Shown here in pieces: positions 42,164-54,113 of a stretch of DNA of 64,000 nt (its first letter is position 1; every line of letters starts with the position of its first letter). The notes under the pieces are model-generated. The model was given only the letters and a program-made list of their open reading frames with translations, made no database searches and had not been told where the DNA came from. The position numbers and the translations under genes were made by a program. This DNA comes from an uncultured Chloroflexia bacterium (GTDB lineage: Bacteria; Chloroflexota; Limnocylindria; Limnocylindrales; CSP1-4), in the NCBI GenBank assembly GCA_963828165.1, contig CAWHDR010000001.1, positions 2,304,001-2,368,000 of the forward strand, written 5' to 3'.

Positions 42164-44641
42164 ATGGATCGCTTCGACAAGTTCACGGATCGTGCGCGCA
42201 AGGTCCTGACGCTGGCTCAGGACGAAGCGCAGCAATTCAACCACAACTACATCGGCACGGAGCACCTGCTCCTCGGCCTCGTCCGCGAGGGCGAGGGTGT
42301 CGCGGCGCGCGTCCTCGAGAACATGAACGTCGAGCTCGCCAAGGTCCGGACGGCGGTCGAGTTCATCATCGGACGGGGCGACCGCCCGGTCGTCGGTGAG
42401 GTCGGGCTCACCCCTCGCGCGAAGCGCGTCATCGAGCTCGCCATCGACGAGGCTCGTCGCCTCGGCCACAACTACATCGGCACGGAGCACCTGCTCCTTG
42501 GTCTCGTCCGGGAGGGGGAGGGGATCGCCGCCGGTGTCCTCGAGTCGCTCGGGGTCAACCTCGACAAGGTCCGCCACGAGGTCATCCGGGTCCTGTCGCA
42601 GAGCTCGTCCGCCGGCCCCAGTGCCCAGGAGACGAAGCGCGCCAGCAAGACACCCACCGTCGACCAGCTCGGCATCAACCTGACCGAGGCAGCCCGCGCC
42701 GGCAAGCTCGATCCCGTCATCGGCCGCGAGAAGGAGATCGAGCGGGTCATCCAGATCCTCGGGCGCAAGACGAAGAACAACCCCGCCCTGATCGGCGAGC
42801 CGGGCGTCGGCAAGACCGCGATCGCGGAGGGCCTGGCCCACCGGATCGTGGCCGGCGACGTGCCCGACATCCTGCTCAACAAGCGCGTCCTGACGCTTGA
42901 CATCGGCTCACTCGTGGCCGGCACCAAGTACCGCGGCGAGTTCGAGGAGCGCCTCAAGAAGATCATCGAGGAGCTGCGCAACACCAACGACGCGGTCCTG
43001 TTCATCGATGAGCTGCACACGCTCGTCGGGGCCGGCGCGGCCGAGGGTGCCATCGATGCCGCCAACATCCTCAAGCCGCCGCTGTCCCGGGGCGAGCTCC
43101 AGTGCATCGGGGCCACGACGCTCGACGAGTACCGCAAGTACATCGAGCGCGACGCCGCGCTGGAGCGCCGCTTCCAGCCCGTCATGGTCGAGGAGCCCAC
43201 GCTCGAGCAGACCATCGATATCCTGATGGGCATCCGTGAGCGCTACGAGCAGCACCACAAGGTCACGATCACGGACGAGGCGGTCAAGGCCGCTGCTGAC
43301 CTGTCGATCCGCTACATCACGGATCGCCACCTTCCGGACAAGGCCATCGACCTGATCGACGAGGCCGCTTCGCGCGTGCGTTTACGCCATGCGTCCGCTC
43401 CGCCCGCCCTGCGCGAGGCCCAGAAGGACCTCGACCGGGTGACCAAGGAGAAAGACGCCGCGATCAACAACCAGGAATACGAAGAGGCGGCCACGCTGCG
43501 CGAGACGGAGGCCACCGCCAAGGAGAAGGTCGACGAGCTCCGCGCCGAGTGGCAGACCCAGGTGTCCGGCGACCAGCCGACCGTCGGGGAAGAGGAGATC
43601 GCCCAGGTCGTCGCGATGTGGACCGGTATCCCGGTGACGCGCATCGCCCAGGAGGAGTCCGAGCGGCTGCTCCACATGGAGGACGCCCTCCACAATCGGG
43701 TCATCGGCCAGCAGGAAGCCATCGAGATCGTCTCGAAGGCCGTCCGCCGCGCCCGCGCCGGCCTGAAGGACCCGAAGCGCCCGATCGGCTCGTTCATCTT
43801 CCTCGGCCCGACCGGCGTCGGGAAGACGGAGCTGGCGAAGGCCCTCGCCGAGTTCATGTTCGGCAGCGAGGACGCGCTCATCAAGATCGACATGAGCGAG
43901 TTCATGGAGCGCCATAACGTCAGCCGGCTCGTCGGGGCGCCCCCCGGCTACGTCGGGTTCGACGAGGGCGGCCAACTCACCGAGGCCGTACGCCGCAAGA
44001 GCTACGCGGTCGTGCTGCTCGACGAGGTCGAGAAGGCCCACCCGGAGGTGTTCAACATCCTCCTTCAGATCCTCGAGGACGGGCACCTGTCCGACGCGAA
44101 GGGTCGCCGGGTCGACTTCCGCAACTGCATCATCATCATGACCTCGAACCTGGGCGCGAAGCAGCTCCAGACCAACTCCAGCCTGGGCTTCCGGGTCCAG
44201 GGCACCACCGACGAGTCGCGTGCGGAGAGCTCGTACGAGCTCATGAAGGAGAAGGTCGCGACCGAGCTGAAGAACGCGTTCCGGCCCGAGTTCCTCAACC
44301 GGATCGACTCGACCGTCGTGTTCCGCTCGTTGACCGTCGAGGAGATCGCCCAGATCGTCGACCTGATGCTCGAGCGGGTCCGAGACCAGCTGAAGGCCCA
44401 GCAGATGTCGCTCGTCGTGACGGAAGCGGCCAAGGAGCACGTCATCAAGCTCGGGTACGACGTGGCCTACGGCGCCCGGCCGTTGCGCCGGGTCATCCAG
44501 AACATGATCGAGGACGTGCTTGCGGAGCACCTCCTGCTCGGGCGATACGAGCCCGGCACGACCATCGTGGTCGACAAGGATCCCGAGGCCGGCCTCGACA
44601 TCCACGCCGAAGAGGCGCGCACGCCGGTCGAGGCGCACTAG
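42164..44641 (+). CDS. clpC: ATP-dependent Clp protease ATPase subunit ClpC
   Basis: Two Clp-N repeats, GEPGVGKT and GPTGVGKT Walker A motifs, UVR coiled coil, LGF loop. Confidence 0.96.
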   Translation: MDRFDKFTDRARKVLTLAQDEAQQFNHNYIGTEHLLLGLVREGEGVAARVLENMNVELAKVRTAVEFIIGRGDRPVVGEVGLTPRAKRVIELAIDEARRLGHNYIGTEHLLLGLVREGEGIAAGVLESLGVNLDKVRHEVIRVLSQSSSAGPSAQETKRASKTPTVDQLGINLTEAARAGKLDPVIGREKEIERVIQILGRKTKNNPALIGEPGVGKTAIAEGLAHRIVAGDVPDILLNKRVLTLDIGSLVAGTKYRGEFEERLKKIIEELRNTNDAVLFIDELHTLVGAGAAEGAIDAANILKPPLSRGELQCIGATTLDEYRKYIERDAALERRFQPVMVEEPTLEQTIDILMGIRERYEQHHKVTITDEAVKAAADLSIRYITDRHLPDKAIDLIDEAASRVRLRHASAPPALREAQKDLDRVTKEKDAAINNQEYEEAATLRETEATAKEKVDELRAEWQTQVSGDQPTVGEEEIAQVVAMWTGIPVTRIAQEESERLLHMEDALHNRVIGQQEAIEIVSKAVRRARAGLKDPKRPIGSFIFLGPTGVGKTELAKALAEFMFGSEDALIKIDMSEFMERHNVSRLVGAPPGYVGFDEGGQLTEAVRRKSYAVVLLDEVEKAHPEVFNILLQILEDGHLSDAKGRRVDFRNCIIIMTSNLGAKQLQTNSSLGFRVQGTTDESRAESSYELMKEKVATELKNAFRPEFLNRIDSTVVFRSLTVEEIAQIVDLMLERVRDQLKAQQMSLVVTEAAKEHVIKLGYDVAYGARPLRRVIQNMIEDVLAEHLLLGRYEPGTTIVVDKDPEAGLDIHAEEARTPVEAH

Positions 44642-44647
44642 CCGTCC

Positions 44648-46069
44648 GTGGCGCGGCCGACGAGCCGCTTCGTCTGCCAGGGTTGCGGCGAAGCCTTCCT
44701 GCGCTGGGAGGGCCAATGTCGAGCCTGCGGAGCCTGGAACAGCCTGGTCGAGACGGTCGTCCGCGACACCCCGCGAGCCAGTCGCGGGCTGCGCGTCGCT
44801 CCTGATGGTGGAGCGGCGCCGGTAGCCCTGACCGATATCGGCGAGTCCGACGTCCCGCGCCTCGCCACCGGCATCGCCGAGCTCGATCGGGTCCTTGGCG
44901 GCGGCGTGGTGCCTGGATCCCTCGTCCTCGTCGGCGGTGAGCCGGGGATCGGCAAGTCCACGCTCCTGCTCCAGGCCGCGGCAGGCCTCGGCCGTCCGGT
45001 CCTCTACGCAACGGGAGAGGAGTCGGCCGCGCAGGTGCGGATCCGCGCCGGGCGGCTGGGCTTGCTCGGCGCACCGGCCGGGACCGCGATCGAGGTCCTG
45101 GCCGAACACGACATCGGGCGGATCGTGGATGTCGGGCGCTCGATGCGGCCCGCGCTGGTCGTCGTGGACTCGATCCAGACCGCCACGGTCGACGAGCTCG
45201 ATGGGGCTGCCGGCAGCGTCGGACAGGTTCGCGAAGCCACGTTGCGGCTGATGGAGTTCGCCAAGGGCGAGTCGATCGCGGTCGTGCTGGTCGGCCACGT
45301 CACGAAGGACGGCTCGATCGCCGGGCCCAAGACCATGGAGCACCTGGTCGATGCCGTCGTGTCGCTCGAGGGCGAGCGATACGCGGCGCTCAGGTTGGTG
45401 CGCGCCTCGAAGAACCGGTTCGGATCCACCGACGAGGTCGGGGTGTTCGAGATGGCCGGCGAGGGCCTCGTCGAGGTCTCCGATCCGGCCCGGGCCTTCC
45501 TCGCGGATCACGCCGAGCCCGCAGCAGGCAGCGTCATCGCGCCGACGATGGAGGGCAGTCGGCCGCTGCTCGTCGAGGTCCAGGCCCTCGTGTCGCCGGC
45601 GGGCTACGGGACGCCAGCGCGGAAGGGGAGTGGCATCGATCCGAACCGCCTGGGGCTCCTCGTCGCCGTGCTCGCGCGCCGCGCTGGTGTGGCGCTGGGA
45701 TCGCACGACGTGTACGCGAACCTGGCCGGCGGGTTGAGCGTGGGCGAGCCGGCCCTCGACCTGCCGTTGGCCCTCGCCCTGGCGTCCTCGCTGCGGGACC
45801 GGCCGTTGCCGGCGAAGAGCGTCGCGATCGGGGAGGTCGGCTTGCTCGGGGAGCTTCGATCGGTGGCTGGCGTCGAACGACGGCTGCGGGAAGCGGTGCG
45901 TCTCGGCTTCGAGATGGCGATCGTGCCTCGGCCGACTCGCGGTGCGGGCCCGATCGAGTCCCATGGGCTGCGGATCATCGAGGTCTCGACCCTGCGCGAC
46001 GCGGTCGAGGCCGCACTGACGGGGGAAGCCGGGCGTCATGGCGACGCTGTCCCGGCCCTGCTAGGCTGA
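44648..46069 (+). CDS. radA: DNA repair protein RadA/Sms
   Basis: C4 zinc finger, GEPGIGKST, KNRFG. Confidence 0.96.
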   Translation: MARPTSRFVCQGCGEAFLRWEGQCRACGAWNSLVETVVRDTPRASRGLRVAPDGGAAPVALTDIGESDVPRLATGIAELDRVLGGGVVPGSLVLVGGEPGIGKSTLLLQAAAGLGRPVLYATGEESAAQVRIRAGRLGLLGAPAGTAIEVLAEHDIGRIVDVGRSMRPALVVVDSIQTATVDELDGAAGSVGQVREATLRLMEFAKGESIAVVLVGHVTKDGSIAGPKTMEHLVDAVVSLEGERYAALRLVRASKNRFGSTDEVGVFEMAGEGLVEVSDPARAFLADHAEPAAGSVIAPTMEGSRPLLVEVQALVSPAGYGTPARKGSGIDPNRLGLLVAVLARRAGVALGSHDVYANLAGGLSVGEPALDLPLALALASSLRDRPLPAKSVAIGEVGLLGELRSVAGVERRLREAVRLGFEMAIVPRPTRGAGPIESHGLRIIEVSTLRDAVEAALTGEAGRHGDAVPALLG

Positions 46070-46124
46070 CGCCCGGTTCCCGTCCCCCGGCCGGTGGACG
46101 CCGGGACCATCCACCGAGGAAGAC

Positions 46125-47186
46125 GTGATCCGCTACATCCGTGTGCTGGGCGCCGCGCTCGGGGGCTTGACCGGGCTGGTGCTCGCCGAGGCGGGCCAAG
46201 GCCTGTTCGAGGACGCCACGTATGCCGGCTTCCTGCTCGCGGCCTGGGTCATCGCCTGGGTGATCGTCGGCTTCGCGATCCTCCCGTACCTGACGATCGT
46301 GCCCGCCATCTGGCTGATCGCGCGCGTAGAGGACCTGTCCACCGCCGAGTTCATCACGGCGGTGATCGGCTTGCTGCTGGGCCTGCTGATGGGGCTCCTG
46401 CTCGGTTTCCCGCTGTCGGCCTTCCCGCCACCGTTCGGATCGCTGCTGCCGCTCGGGGTGTCGCTCTTCCTCGGGCTCGGGATGCTGGGGCTGACCGTGG
46501 CCAAGCGCAAGGACCTCGTCGGGGCGGCCGAAACGGTCGGTATCCTCCGCCACTCGGAGGACACGTCGATCCCCGCCGCGACCAGTGGCGAGCCACGGAT
46601 CGTGGTCGACACTTCGGCGATCATCGACGGTCGCATCGCCGAGATCGTCGAGTCCGGGTTCATCTACGGCACGCTGGTGATCCCCCGGTTCGTGCTTGAC
46701 GAGCTACAGCACATCGCGGACTCCTCCGACTCCCTGCGCCGGAATCGCGGCCGTCGTGGACTCGAGATCCTGGCCCGCATGCAGAAGCAGCCGGGGACGC
46801 CCGTCGAGATCGTCGAAGACGCGGTGCCGTCCGAGACCGAGGTGGATGCCAAACTCGTGGCGCTCGCCCGGACGCGGAGTCGGGTGATCCTCACGAACGA
46901 CTTCAACCTCAATCGGGTTGCCGAGCTCCAGGGCGTTCGGGTCATGAACATCAACTCCCTGGCCAACGCCGTGAAGCCTGCGGTCCTCCCCGGCGAGGAG
47001 CTGCGGGTCCGGGTGATCCAGGAGGGCAAGGAAGCCGGGCAGGGCGTCGGGTTCCTCGACGACGGGACGATGATCGTCGTCGAGGGCGGGGCCCGTCATA
47101 TCGACAAGGATCTCGACGTCGCGGTCACCCGCGTCCTTCAGACCGTGGCCGGTCGCATGATCTTCGCCCAACCGCGGCTCGATTGA
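46125..47186 (+). CDS. yacL: PIN/TRAM domain membrane protein (YacL family)
   Basis: 4 TM helices, DTSAIIDGRI, TNDFNLN, QGVGFLDDGTMIVVE. Confidence 0.92.
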   Translation: MIRYIRVLGAALGGLTGLVLAEAGQGLFEDATYAGFLLAAWVIAWVIVGFAILPYLTIVPAIWLIARVEDLSTAEFITAVIGLLLGLLMGLLLGFPLSAFPPPFGSLLPLGVSLFLGLGMLGLTVAKRKDLVGAAETVGILRHSEDTSIPAATSGEPRIVVDTSAIIDGRIAEIVESGFIYGTLVIPRFVLDELQHIADSSDSLRRNRGRRGLEILARMQKQPGTPVEIVEDAVPSETEVDAKLVALARTRSRVILTNDFNLNRVAELQGVRVMNINSLANAVKPAVLPGEELRVRVIQEGKEAGQGVGFLDDGTMIVVEGGARHIDKDLDVAVTRVLQTVAGRMIFAQPRLD

Positions 47187-48373
47187 GGTCCCCGACAGCG
47201 CGCGCCGACGCGATCGTGGTCGCGGCCGGCGGCTCGGCGCGGATGGGCGGCACCGACAAGCTCCTCGCCAGGATCGGCGGGCGGCCGCTGCTCGCCCACG
47301 CCGTCGCGGCGCTGCTGGCGGCACCGGATGTCGCGTCCATCGTCGTCGTGACGTCGGCGGATCGACGGAAGGAGCTCGAGGCCGGTCCGTGGCTGCCGGA
47401 CGGCGGTGCGATCACGTTCGTCGATGGCGGGGAGCGGCGGCAGGATTCGGTCCGAGCGGGGTTCGACGCGCTCGAGCGCACGGCGCCCGACAGCGACGGT
47501 GAGCGGGTGGTCCTGGTCCACGACGGGGCTCGGCCCGTGCTGTCGACGGCGCTGATCACGGCGGTCGTCGAGGCGACGGCGGCGCACGGTGCGGCGATCC
47601 CGGTCGTGCCCGTATCCGAGACGCTCAAGCGCATCGAGGGCGAGCGGATCGCCGCGACCGTGGACCGCTCCGGGCTCGCGGCGGCACAGACCCCGCAGGG
47701 CGTCCGCCGGGGCATCCTGCGCACGGCGCTCGCCTCGGACGAAGCCAGCCAGGGGACCTGGACCGATGAGGCTGCGCTCCTGGAGGCTTGTAGAATCCCC
47801 GTCCATGTCATTCCCGGCGACCCCGCCAACCTCAAGGTGACCGTGCCCGCCGACCTCGCCCGCGCGGCCAGCCTGATCGCCGGCCCGGACCCTTCGCGCC
47901 GGACCGGGATCGGGCACGACGCGCATCCGTTCGGTCCCAGCGAGCCGCTGCGACTGGGCGGCGTCGAGATCCCGGGCGCTCCGCGACTGCACGGTCATTC
48001 GGACGGCGACGTCGTCCTGCATGCCCTCGCCGATGCGTTGCTGGGTGCCGCCGGGCTCGGCGACCTTGGCCGCATGTTTCCCGCCGATGCCTCGACGCCC
48101 GCCGGGATCGACAGCCGCTCGTTGCTGGCCGACGTCGTCTCGCGACTCGCGGACGGTGGCTGGCGGGCGGCCGGTGTCGACCTGACGATCGTGGCGGCAC
48201 GGCCACGGCTCGGCGGACATCTCGATGCGATCCGTGCCTCGATCGCCGGAGACCTGGGTCTCGCGCTCGATGCGGTCAACATCAAGGCCTCCACCGGAAA
48301 CTTCGACGGTTCCGAGGGAGCCGGACGGTCGATCTCGACCCTCGCGCTCGCGACCATCGAGGCCGGGAGATGA
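47183..48373 (+). CDS. ispDF: Bifunctional IspD/IspF
   Basis: AAGGSARMG, GGERRQDSV, HDGARP, QTPQ; then GIGHDAH, GHSDGDV, GDLG. Confidence 0.93.
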   Translation: MRSPTARADAIVVAAGGSARMGGTDKLLARIGGRPLLAHAVAALLAAPDVASIVVVTSADRRKELEAGPWLPDGGAITFVDGGERRQDSVRAGFDALERTAPDSDGERVVLVHDGARPVLSTALITAVVEATAAHGAAIPVVPVSETLKRIEGERIAATVDRSGLAAAQTPQGVRRGILRTALASDEASQGTWTDEAALLEACRIPVHVIPGDPANLKVTVPADLARAASLIAGPDPSRRTGIGHDAHPFGPSEPLRLGGVEIPGAPRLHGHSDGDVVLHALADALLGAAGLGDLGRMFPADASTPAGIDSRSLLADVVSRLADGGWRAAGVDLTIVAARPRLGGHLDAIRASIAGDLGLALDAVNIKASTGNFDGSEGAGRSISTLALATIEAGR

Positions 48374-49785
48374 GTCAGATCCGGCTGCTGGACACGCTGA
48401 CCGGCGAGAAACGGCCGGTCGTGCCGCTGCACGATGACCGCATCGGCGTGTACTCGTGCGGCCCGACGGTATACGGCCCCGCGCACATCGGCAATTTCCG
48501 CTCATTCCTCTTCGCCGACCTCCTCGTTCGTCACCTCCGGTGGCGTGGCTACACCGTCCGTTGGGTCATGAACATCACCGACGTCGACGACAAGATCATC
48601 CGTGGCGCGGCCGCTGCCGGGATCGGGATCGAGGAGCTCGCGAACCGGTACCTCGATGGCTTCCTGGCCGATGCCGACGCGCTCCGGATGACCCGACCGG
48701 ACGTCCTGCCGCGGGCCACCGAGCACATCGACGAGATGGTGACGCTCATCGGGACGCTGCTCGAGCGCGAGCATGCCTACCGGACCGACGACGGCTCGAT
48801 CTTCTTTCGGATCGCCTCGTGGCCCACCTACGGCCGGCTGGCGCGGCTGGACCCCGAGCAACTCCGCGTCGGCGAACGAGTGGAGGCGGACGAATACGCC
48901 AAGGACGATGTCCGCGACTTCGCGTTGTGGAAGGGCCCCAAGCCTGGCGAGCCGTCGTGGACGACCGCCATCGGCGAAGGCCGACCCGGCTGGCACATCG
49001 AATGCTCCGCGATGAGCATGGCCCACCTGGGGACCTCGTTCGACATCCACACGGGCGGCATCGACCTGATCTTTCCGCATCACGAGGACGAGATCGCGCA
49101 GAGCGAGGCTGCGACCGGCCAACCGTTCGTCAATACGTGGCTGCACTGCGCACATCTGCAGTCGAGCGGCACGAAGATGGCCAAGTCGACGGGGAACATC
49201 GCCCGGCCGGGCGAGTTGTTCGAAGCGGGTGTGTCCCCGCGGGCGCTGCGCTACGCGCTCCTCGCCGTGCACTATCGAGCCGCCCTCAATCACTCGGACG
49301 AGTCGCTGGCCGCGGCGGCCGCCGCCGTTTCACGCCTCGACGCACTCGTCGCGGCGCTGGCCGCCTACCGCCAGGATCGCGAGGACGACGAAACGCTGAC
49401 CGCGCTGCTGGGCGACGCTCGGGAGGCCTTCGGTGCCGCCCTCGATGACGATCTCAACGTGTCCGAGGCGCTGGCCGCGACCTTCGACCTGCTGCGCGAC
49501 CTGAACCGGCGCATCGAGGCGCGCTCCATCTCGACCGACGACGCGGCCCGGGCGCTCGAGCTGATGCGCGACCTGGATCTGGTGTTGGGCGTGCTGCCGG
49601 ACGCCGACGAGGCGCTTTCCACGGAGCTGCGCTCGATGCTCGACGAACGGGCCGCGGCTCGGGCCGCGCGGGACTGGGCCGCGTCGGATCGCCTGCGGGA
49701 CGAGTTGCTCGCGCAGGGCATCGCGGTCGAGGACACGCGGGACGGTCAACGCTGGCGCCGCCTCGTGGAGGTGGGTCGTGGCTGA
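48370..49785 (+). CDS. cysS: Cysteine--tRNA ligase
   Basis: CGPTVY, HIGN, GRPGWHIECS, FPHHE, KMAKS. Confidence 0.97.
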   Translation: MSQIRLLDTLTGEKRPVVPLHDDRIGVYSCGPTVYGPAHIGNFRSFLFADLLVRHLRWRGYTVRWVMNITDVDDKIIRGAAAAGIGIEELANRYLDGFLADADALRMTRPDVLPRATEHIDEMVTLIGTLLEREHAYRTDDGSIFFRIASWPTYGRLARLDPEQLRVGERVEADEYAKDDVRDFALWKGPKPGEPSWTTAIGEGRPGWHIECSAMSMAHLGTSFDIHTGGIDLIFPHHEDEIAQSEAATGQPFVNTWLHCAHLQSSGTKMAKSTGNIARPGELFEAGVSPRALRYALLAVHYRAALNHSDESLAAAAAAVSRLDALVAALAAYRQDREDDETLTALLGDAREAFGAALDDDLNVSEALAATFDLLRDLNRRIEARSISTDDAARALELMRDLDLVLGVLPDADEALSTELRSMLDERAAARAARDWAASDRLRDELLAQGIAVEDTRDGQRWRRLVEVGRG

Positions 49786-51820
49786 TCGACCGAGAGACGA
49801 CCGTCGTCGCGCAAGCGGGTGGCGACCGGACGGCCCGCGCCAGGGCGGGCCGGGGCCACGCCGAGACGGGCCTCGGAGCGGGCCACGCCGGGACGGGCCG
49901 CCGCGCGACGACGGGCCGCCGCGGGACGGGCCGCCGCGCGACGACGGGCCGCCGCGGGACGGGCCAGCTTTCGACGGGCCACGGGGCCGCCCACCGTTCG
50001 ATGGCCCTCGAGATGGCCCGCGGCCCGACGGTCCGCGAGGCGCTCCACCAAATAGATTCGAGCGCCGCCCCAGCGGCTCGCGCGGTCCCCAGGATCATCG
50101 GGGACCCGGAGGCCCGCGGCCCGATCGGGGCGGTCCAGGCGGGCAGGAAGCCTGGCGGCCATCAAGCCCGCGACCGGATCGGGGTGGTCCGCGGCCGGGA
50201 CCCGGCGATCGATCTGGACCAGGGTCGCGGCCACGGCCGTGGGAGCGGGGGCCGGATGAACGGAGCGACGGCCCGCGCGACGAACCGTGGCGGCCGAGCG
50301 ACCAGCGGCCGGCCCGGGATCGGGGCGTTGGCGATCGATCGGGACCGCGCCCGGGCGACCGGCCGGGCTATGGACCGCGCGGGGGAGGCCCACCCGGCCG
50401 GCGGCCCTTCACCGGACCGCCCGGCGGTGGCGGTCGCCCTGCCGATCGGCCGTACCGCCCGCGTCCCGCGAGCGGACCGTACCAGCGGACCTCGTTCGAG
50501 CCCCGCTACGGCGGCCCGCCGCGGCCGTCGGCCCTGCCATCGCCGGAGGCGCTCGGCCCCGAGGAAGAGCTCGTCGCTGGTCGACGCCCCGTCGAGGAAG
50601 CGTTCGTCGCCCGCCGTCCCGCCATCCGCCTGCTGGTCGTCCCGCAGCGGCGTGCCGCTCTCGAGAAGCTCGTGCTCCATGCCACGAACCTGCGGATCCC
50701 GATCGTCGAAGTCGAAGGCGGCTCGCTCACGGCTCTCGCCGGCTTTGACGGACACCAGGGGGTCGCGCTCGTCGTCGAACCGCGCCAGTTCGCGACCCTG
50801 GACGACGTCCTCGCGCGGGCCGCCGAGCGCGACGAGCCACCGTTCATCCTGGTGCTCGATTCCCTCGAGGACCCGCACAACGTCGGCACGCTCCTGCGCA
50901 GCGCCGAGGCCGCCGGCGTGCACGGCGTGCTCTTCCCGACCCATCGCCAGGCGCCCCTCAGCCCGTCCGCGGTCAAGGCGTCGGCCGGCGCCATCGAACA
51001 TCTCCTGTTATGCCCGGTCGACGACCTGCCCGGGGCCCTGAGCGATCTCCACACGCGCGGCGTGCGGATCGCCGGCGCCGAGGGGGACGCCCCGATGACC
51101 GCGCGTCAGAGCGATCTCCGTGGCCCGCTCGCGATCGTCGTCGGTAGCGAGGGCCAGGGTCTGGGGCCCGCCGTTCGCCGCCGCGCGGACCTGTTCATGC
51201 GCATCCCGATGAAGGGCGCTGTCGGCTCGCTCAACGCGGCCGTGGCGGGATCGATCCTGCTCTTCGAAGCGCTGGCGCAACGCGATCCGAACGCGACGCC
51301 ACGCGTCACGCCGGCACTCGGGAGCGGCGGCGGGGAAGGACCGACGACGAAGGCCCGCGTCAGCAAGGTCGCCAAGGGCAGTCCCCCGGCGCCGGCGGAG
51401 GCCGCCGACACGCCCGCCGAAGCATCCGCCGACACCCCCACCGAAACGTCCGCCGAGGCCGACGAAGCCACACCAGCCGCGAAGAAGCCGAAGCCGAGAG
51501 CGCGCAAGGGCCTCTCCACCGAGCCCGACGATGCCCCCGCGCCGCGGGCTGACGATAACGACGCCGCCGCGACCGGCGAAGGGAAGCCGAAACCAAAGCC
51601 ACGGGCCCGCACGGCCCCCGCCACCCCGCCTCCGGAGGTCGCGTCAGAGGCGCCCGACGGCGCGGCGGCGAAGGCCACCGTCAAGCCCAAGCGGGTCCGC
51701 CGCGCTCGGTCGGTGACCAACGAGCCCGCCGATTCACGTCCCGCGGCCGGAACGGAATCGCCGGAGGAGGACCTGCTCCCGACCGATGGACCGAAGAAGC
51801 GCACCTCGCGGACTGGATAG
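49778..51820 (+). CDS. rlmB: 23S rRNA (Gm2251) methyltransferase RlmB with long N- and C-terminal low-complexity extensions
   Basis: Core at about 50561-51283: HQGV, DPHNVG, GSEGQG, SLNAAVA. Confidence 0.9.
   Translation: MADRPRDDRRRASGWRPDGPRQGGPGPRRDGPRSGPRRDGPPRDDGPPRDGPPRDDGPPRDGPAFDGPRGRPPFDGPRDGPRPDGPRGAPPNRFERRPSGSRGPQDHRGPGGPRPDRGGPGGQEAWRPSSPRPDRGGPRPGPGDRSGPGSRPRPWERGPDERSDGPRDEPWRPSDQRPARDRGVGDRSGPRPGDRPGYGPRGGGPPGRRPFTGPPGGGGRPADRPYRPRPASGPYQRTSFEPRYGGPPRPSALPSPEALGPEEELVAGRRPVEEAFVARRPAIRLLVVPQRRAALEKLVLHATNLRIPIVEVEGGSLTALAGFDGHQGVALVVEPRQFATLDDVLARAAERDEPPFILVLDSLEDPHNVGTLLRSAEAAGVHGVLFPTHRQAPLSPSAVKASAGAIEHLLLCPVDDLPGALSDLHTRGVRIAGAEGDAPMTARQSDLRGPLAIVVGSEGQGLGPAVRRRADLFMRIPMKGAVGSLNAAVAGSILLFEALAQRDPNATPRVTPALGSGGGEGPTTKARVSKVAKGSPPAPAEAADTPAEASADTPTETSAEADEATPAAKKPKPRARKGLSTEPDDAPAPRADDNDAAATGEGKPKPKPRARTAPATPPPEVASEAPDGAAAKATVKPKRVRRARSVTNEPADSRPAAGTESPEEDLLPTDGPKKRTSRTG
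49889..49965 (+). repeat. Perfect 33-nt coding tandem repeat x2.3 (RDGPPRDDGPP)
   Basis: CGGGACGGGCCGCCGCGCGACGACGGGCCGCCG at 49889 and 49922, partial copy at 49955. Confidence 0.9.
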
Positions 51821-52086
51821 CCAGCGTCGACGCTCACCAGGTGTTCATTTCGGGGCCATACGTGTCGATATGCCTGGGAGGTTCGCCCGCTAGGCCCCCA
51901 TGCGACCTGCAATGCTCATGCCCTGTGCATGCGCGCGTGGAGGGCCCGCCGCCGCGGCCCGCCGAGATCGTTAGCGCGATCTATGTCATCGAGATGAACA
52001 CGGTGCGTGCGGGCGAGGCGTCAACCTGGGCTCGACGATTGGCGCTGGCGCAGACCCAGGCGGCGCGACGGCCACACCCCCCACGC

Positions 52087-52116
52087 TTGACCCGATCCGG
52101 CGGGCGGCCCTATCAT
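52087..52116 (+). promoter_or_regulatory. Promoter of tRNA-tuf operon
   Basis: TTGACC-N18-TATCAT. Confidence 0.65.
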
Positions 52117-52161
52117 TCCCCGGCGCCGAAGGGTCTTCTGCGGTAAGGCCCTGCCCGTCGC

Positions 52162-52237
52162 GCCGACGTAGCTCAATTGGTAGAGCAGCTGTTTTGTAAA
52201 CAGCAGGTTTCGGGTTCGAGTCCCGCCGTCGGCTCCA
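52162..52237 (+). tRNA. tRNA-Thr(TGT)
   Basis: GCTGT-TTTGTAA-ACAGC arm, CCA. Confidence 0.96.
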
Positions 52238-52303
52238 GTGACATCCATACGGCAGCCGGATCCACCACGCGACCGCAGGCGCATCCGGAGCCGAGCCTTC
52301 AGT

Positions 52304-52388
52304 GGGTAGGTTGAGCAGGTGGTGAGCTCAGCTGGCTGTAGACCAGCCGCCTTCGGCTATGGGGGTTCGATTCCCTCCCTGCCCACCA
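52304..52388 (+). tRNA. tRNA-Tyr(GTA)
   Basis: GCTGG-CTGTAGA-CCAGC arm, long variable arm, CCA. Confidence 0.93.
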
Positions 52389-52419
52389 CTTCATAGCGAA
52401 CCCTCGCGATCGGATCCGG

Positions 52420-52495
52420 GCCCACATAGCTCAGCTGGCAGAGCACTTCCTTGGTAAGGAAGAGGTCATCGGTTCGAGTCCGATTGTGGGCTCCA
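52420..52495 (+). tRNA. tRNA-Thr(GGT)
   Basis: CTTCC-TTGGTAA-GGAAG arm, CCA. Confidence 0.96.
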
Positions 52496-52554
52496 TCGCC
52501 CGTCATCGAAATCCCAGCGGCGAAGCCGCGCCTGTCAAGGAGTGAACTGGTCAC

Positions 52555-53751
<1,197 letters not shown>

Positions 53752-53758
53752 GGACGAC

Positions 53759-53923
53759 ATGGCGAGGGTAGAAGCGCGTCCCACGATCCAGCTCGCGTGT
53801 ACCGAGTGCAAGGAGCGGACATACACGACGCGCAAGAACAAGAAGAACGATCCCAACCGGATCGAACTGCAGAAATACTGCCCGCGCTGCCGGCGGCATA
53901 CACTTCACCGCGAGGCGAAGTAG
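53759..53923 (+). CDS. rpmG: 50S ribosomal protein L33 (Zn-binding form)
   Basis: LACTEC...KNKKN...KYCPRC..HTLHRE. Confidence 0.96.
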   Translation: MARVEARPTIQLACTECKERTYTTRKNKKNDPNRIELQKYCPRCRRHTLHREAK

Positions 53924-53942
53924 GGACGACCGGCCTCGCCGC

Positions 53943-54018
53943 AGGGGTGTAGCTCAATTGGCAGAGCACTGGTCTCCAAAACCAGCGGTTGTAGGTTCGA
54001 GTCCTATCGCCCCTGCCA
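53943..54018 (+). tRNA. tRNA-Trp(CCA)
   Basis: CTGGT-CTCCAAA-ACCAG arm; ends in G-CCA. Confidence 0.96.
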
Positions 54019-54113
54019 AATCCTCAGGCTGATGGCGCGCAGGAGCGTCGCCTCAGCCCTTCGGAGCGGAAAATGCAATTGCGTCATCACCTAGCTACGA
54101 GAAGAACGAGAAC

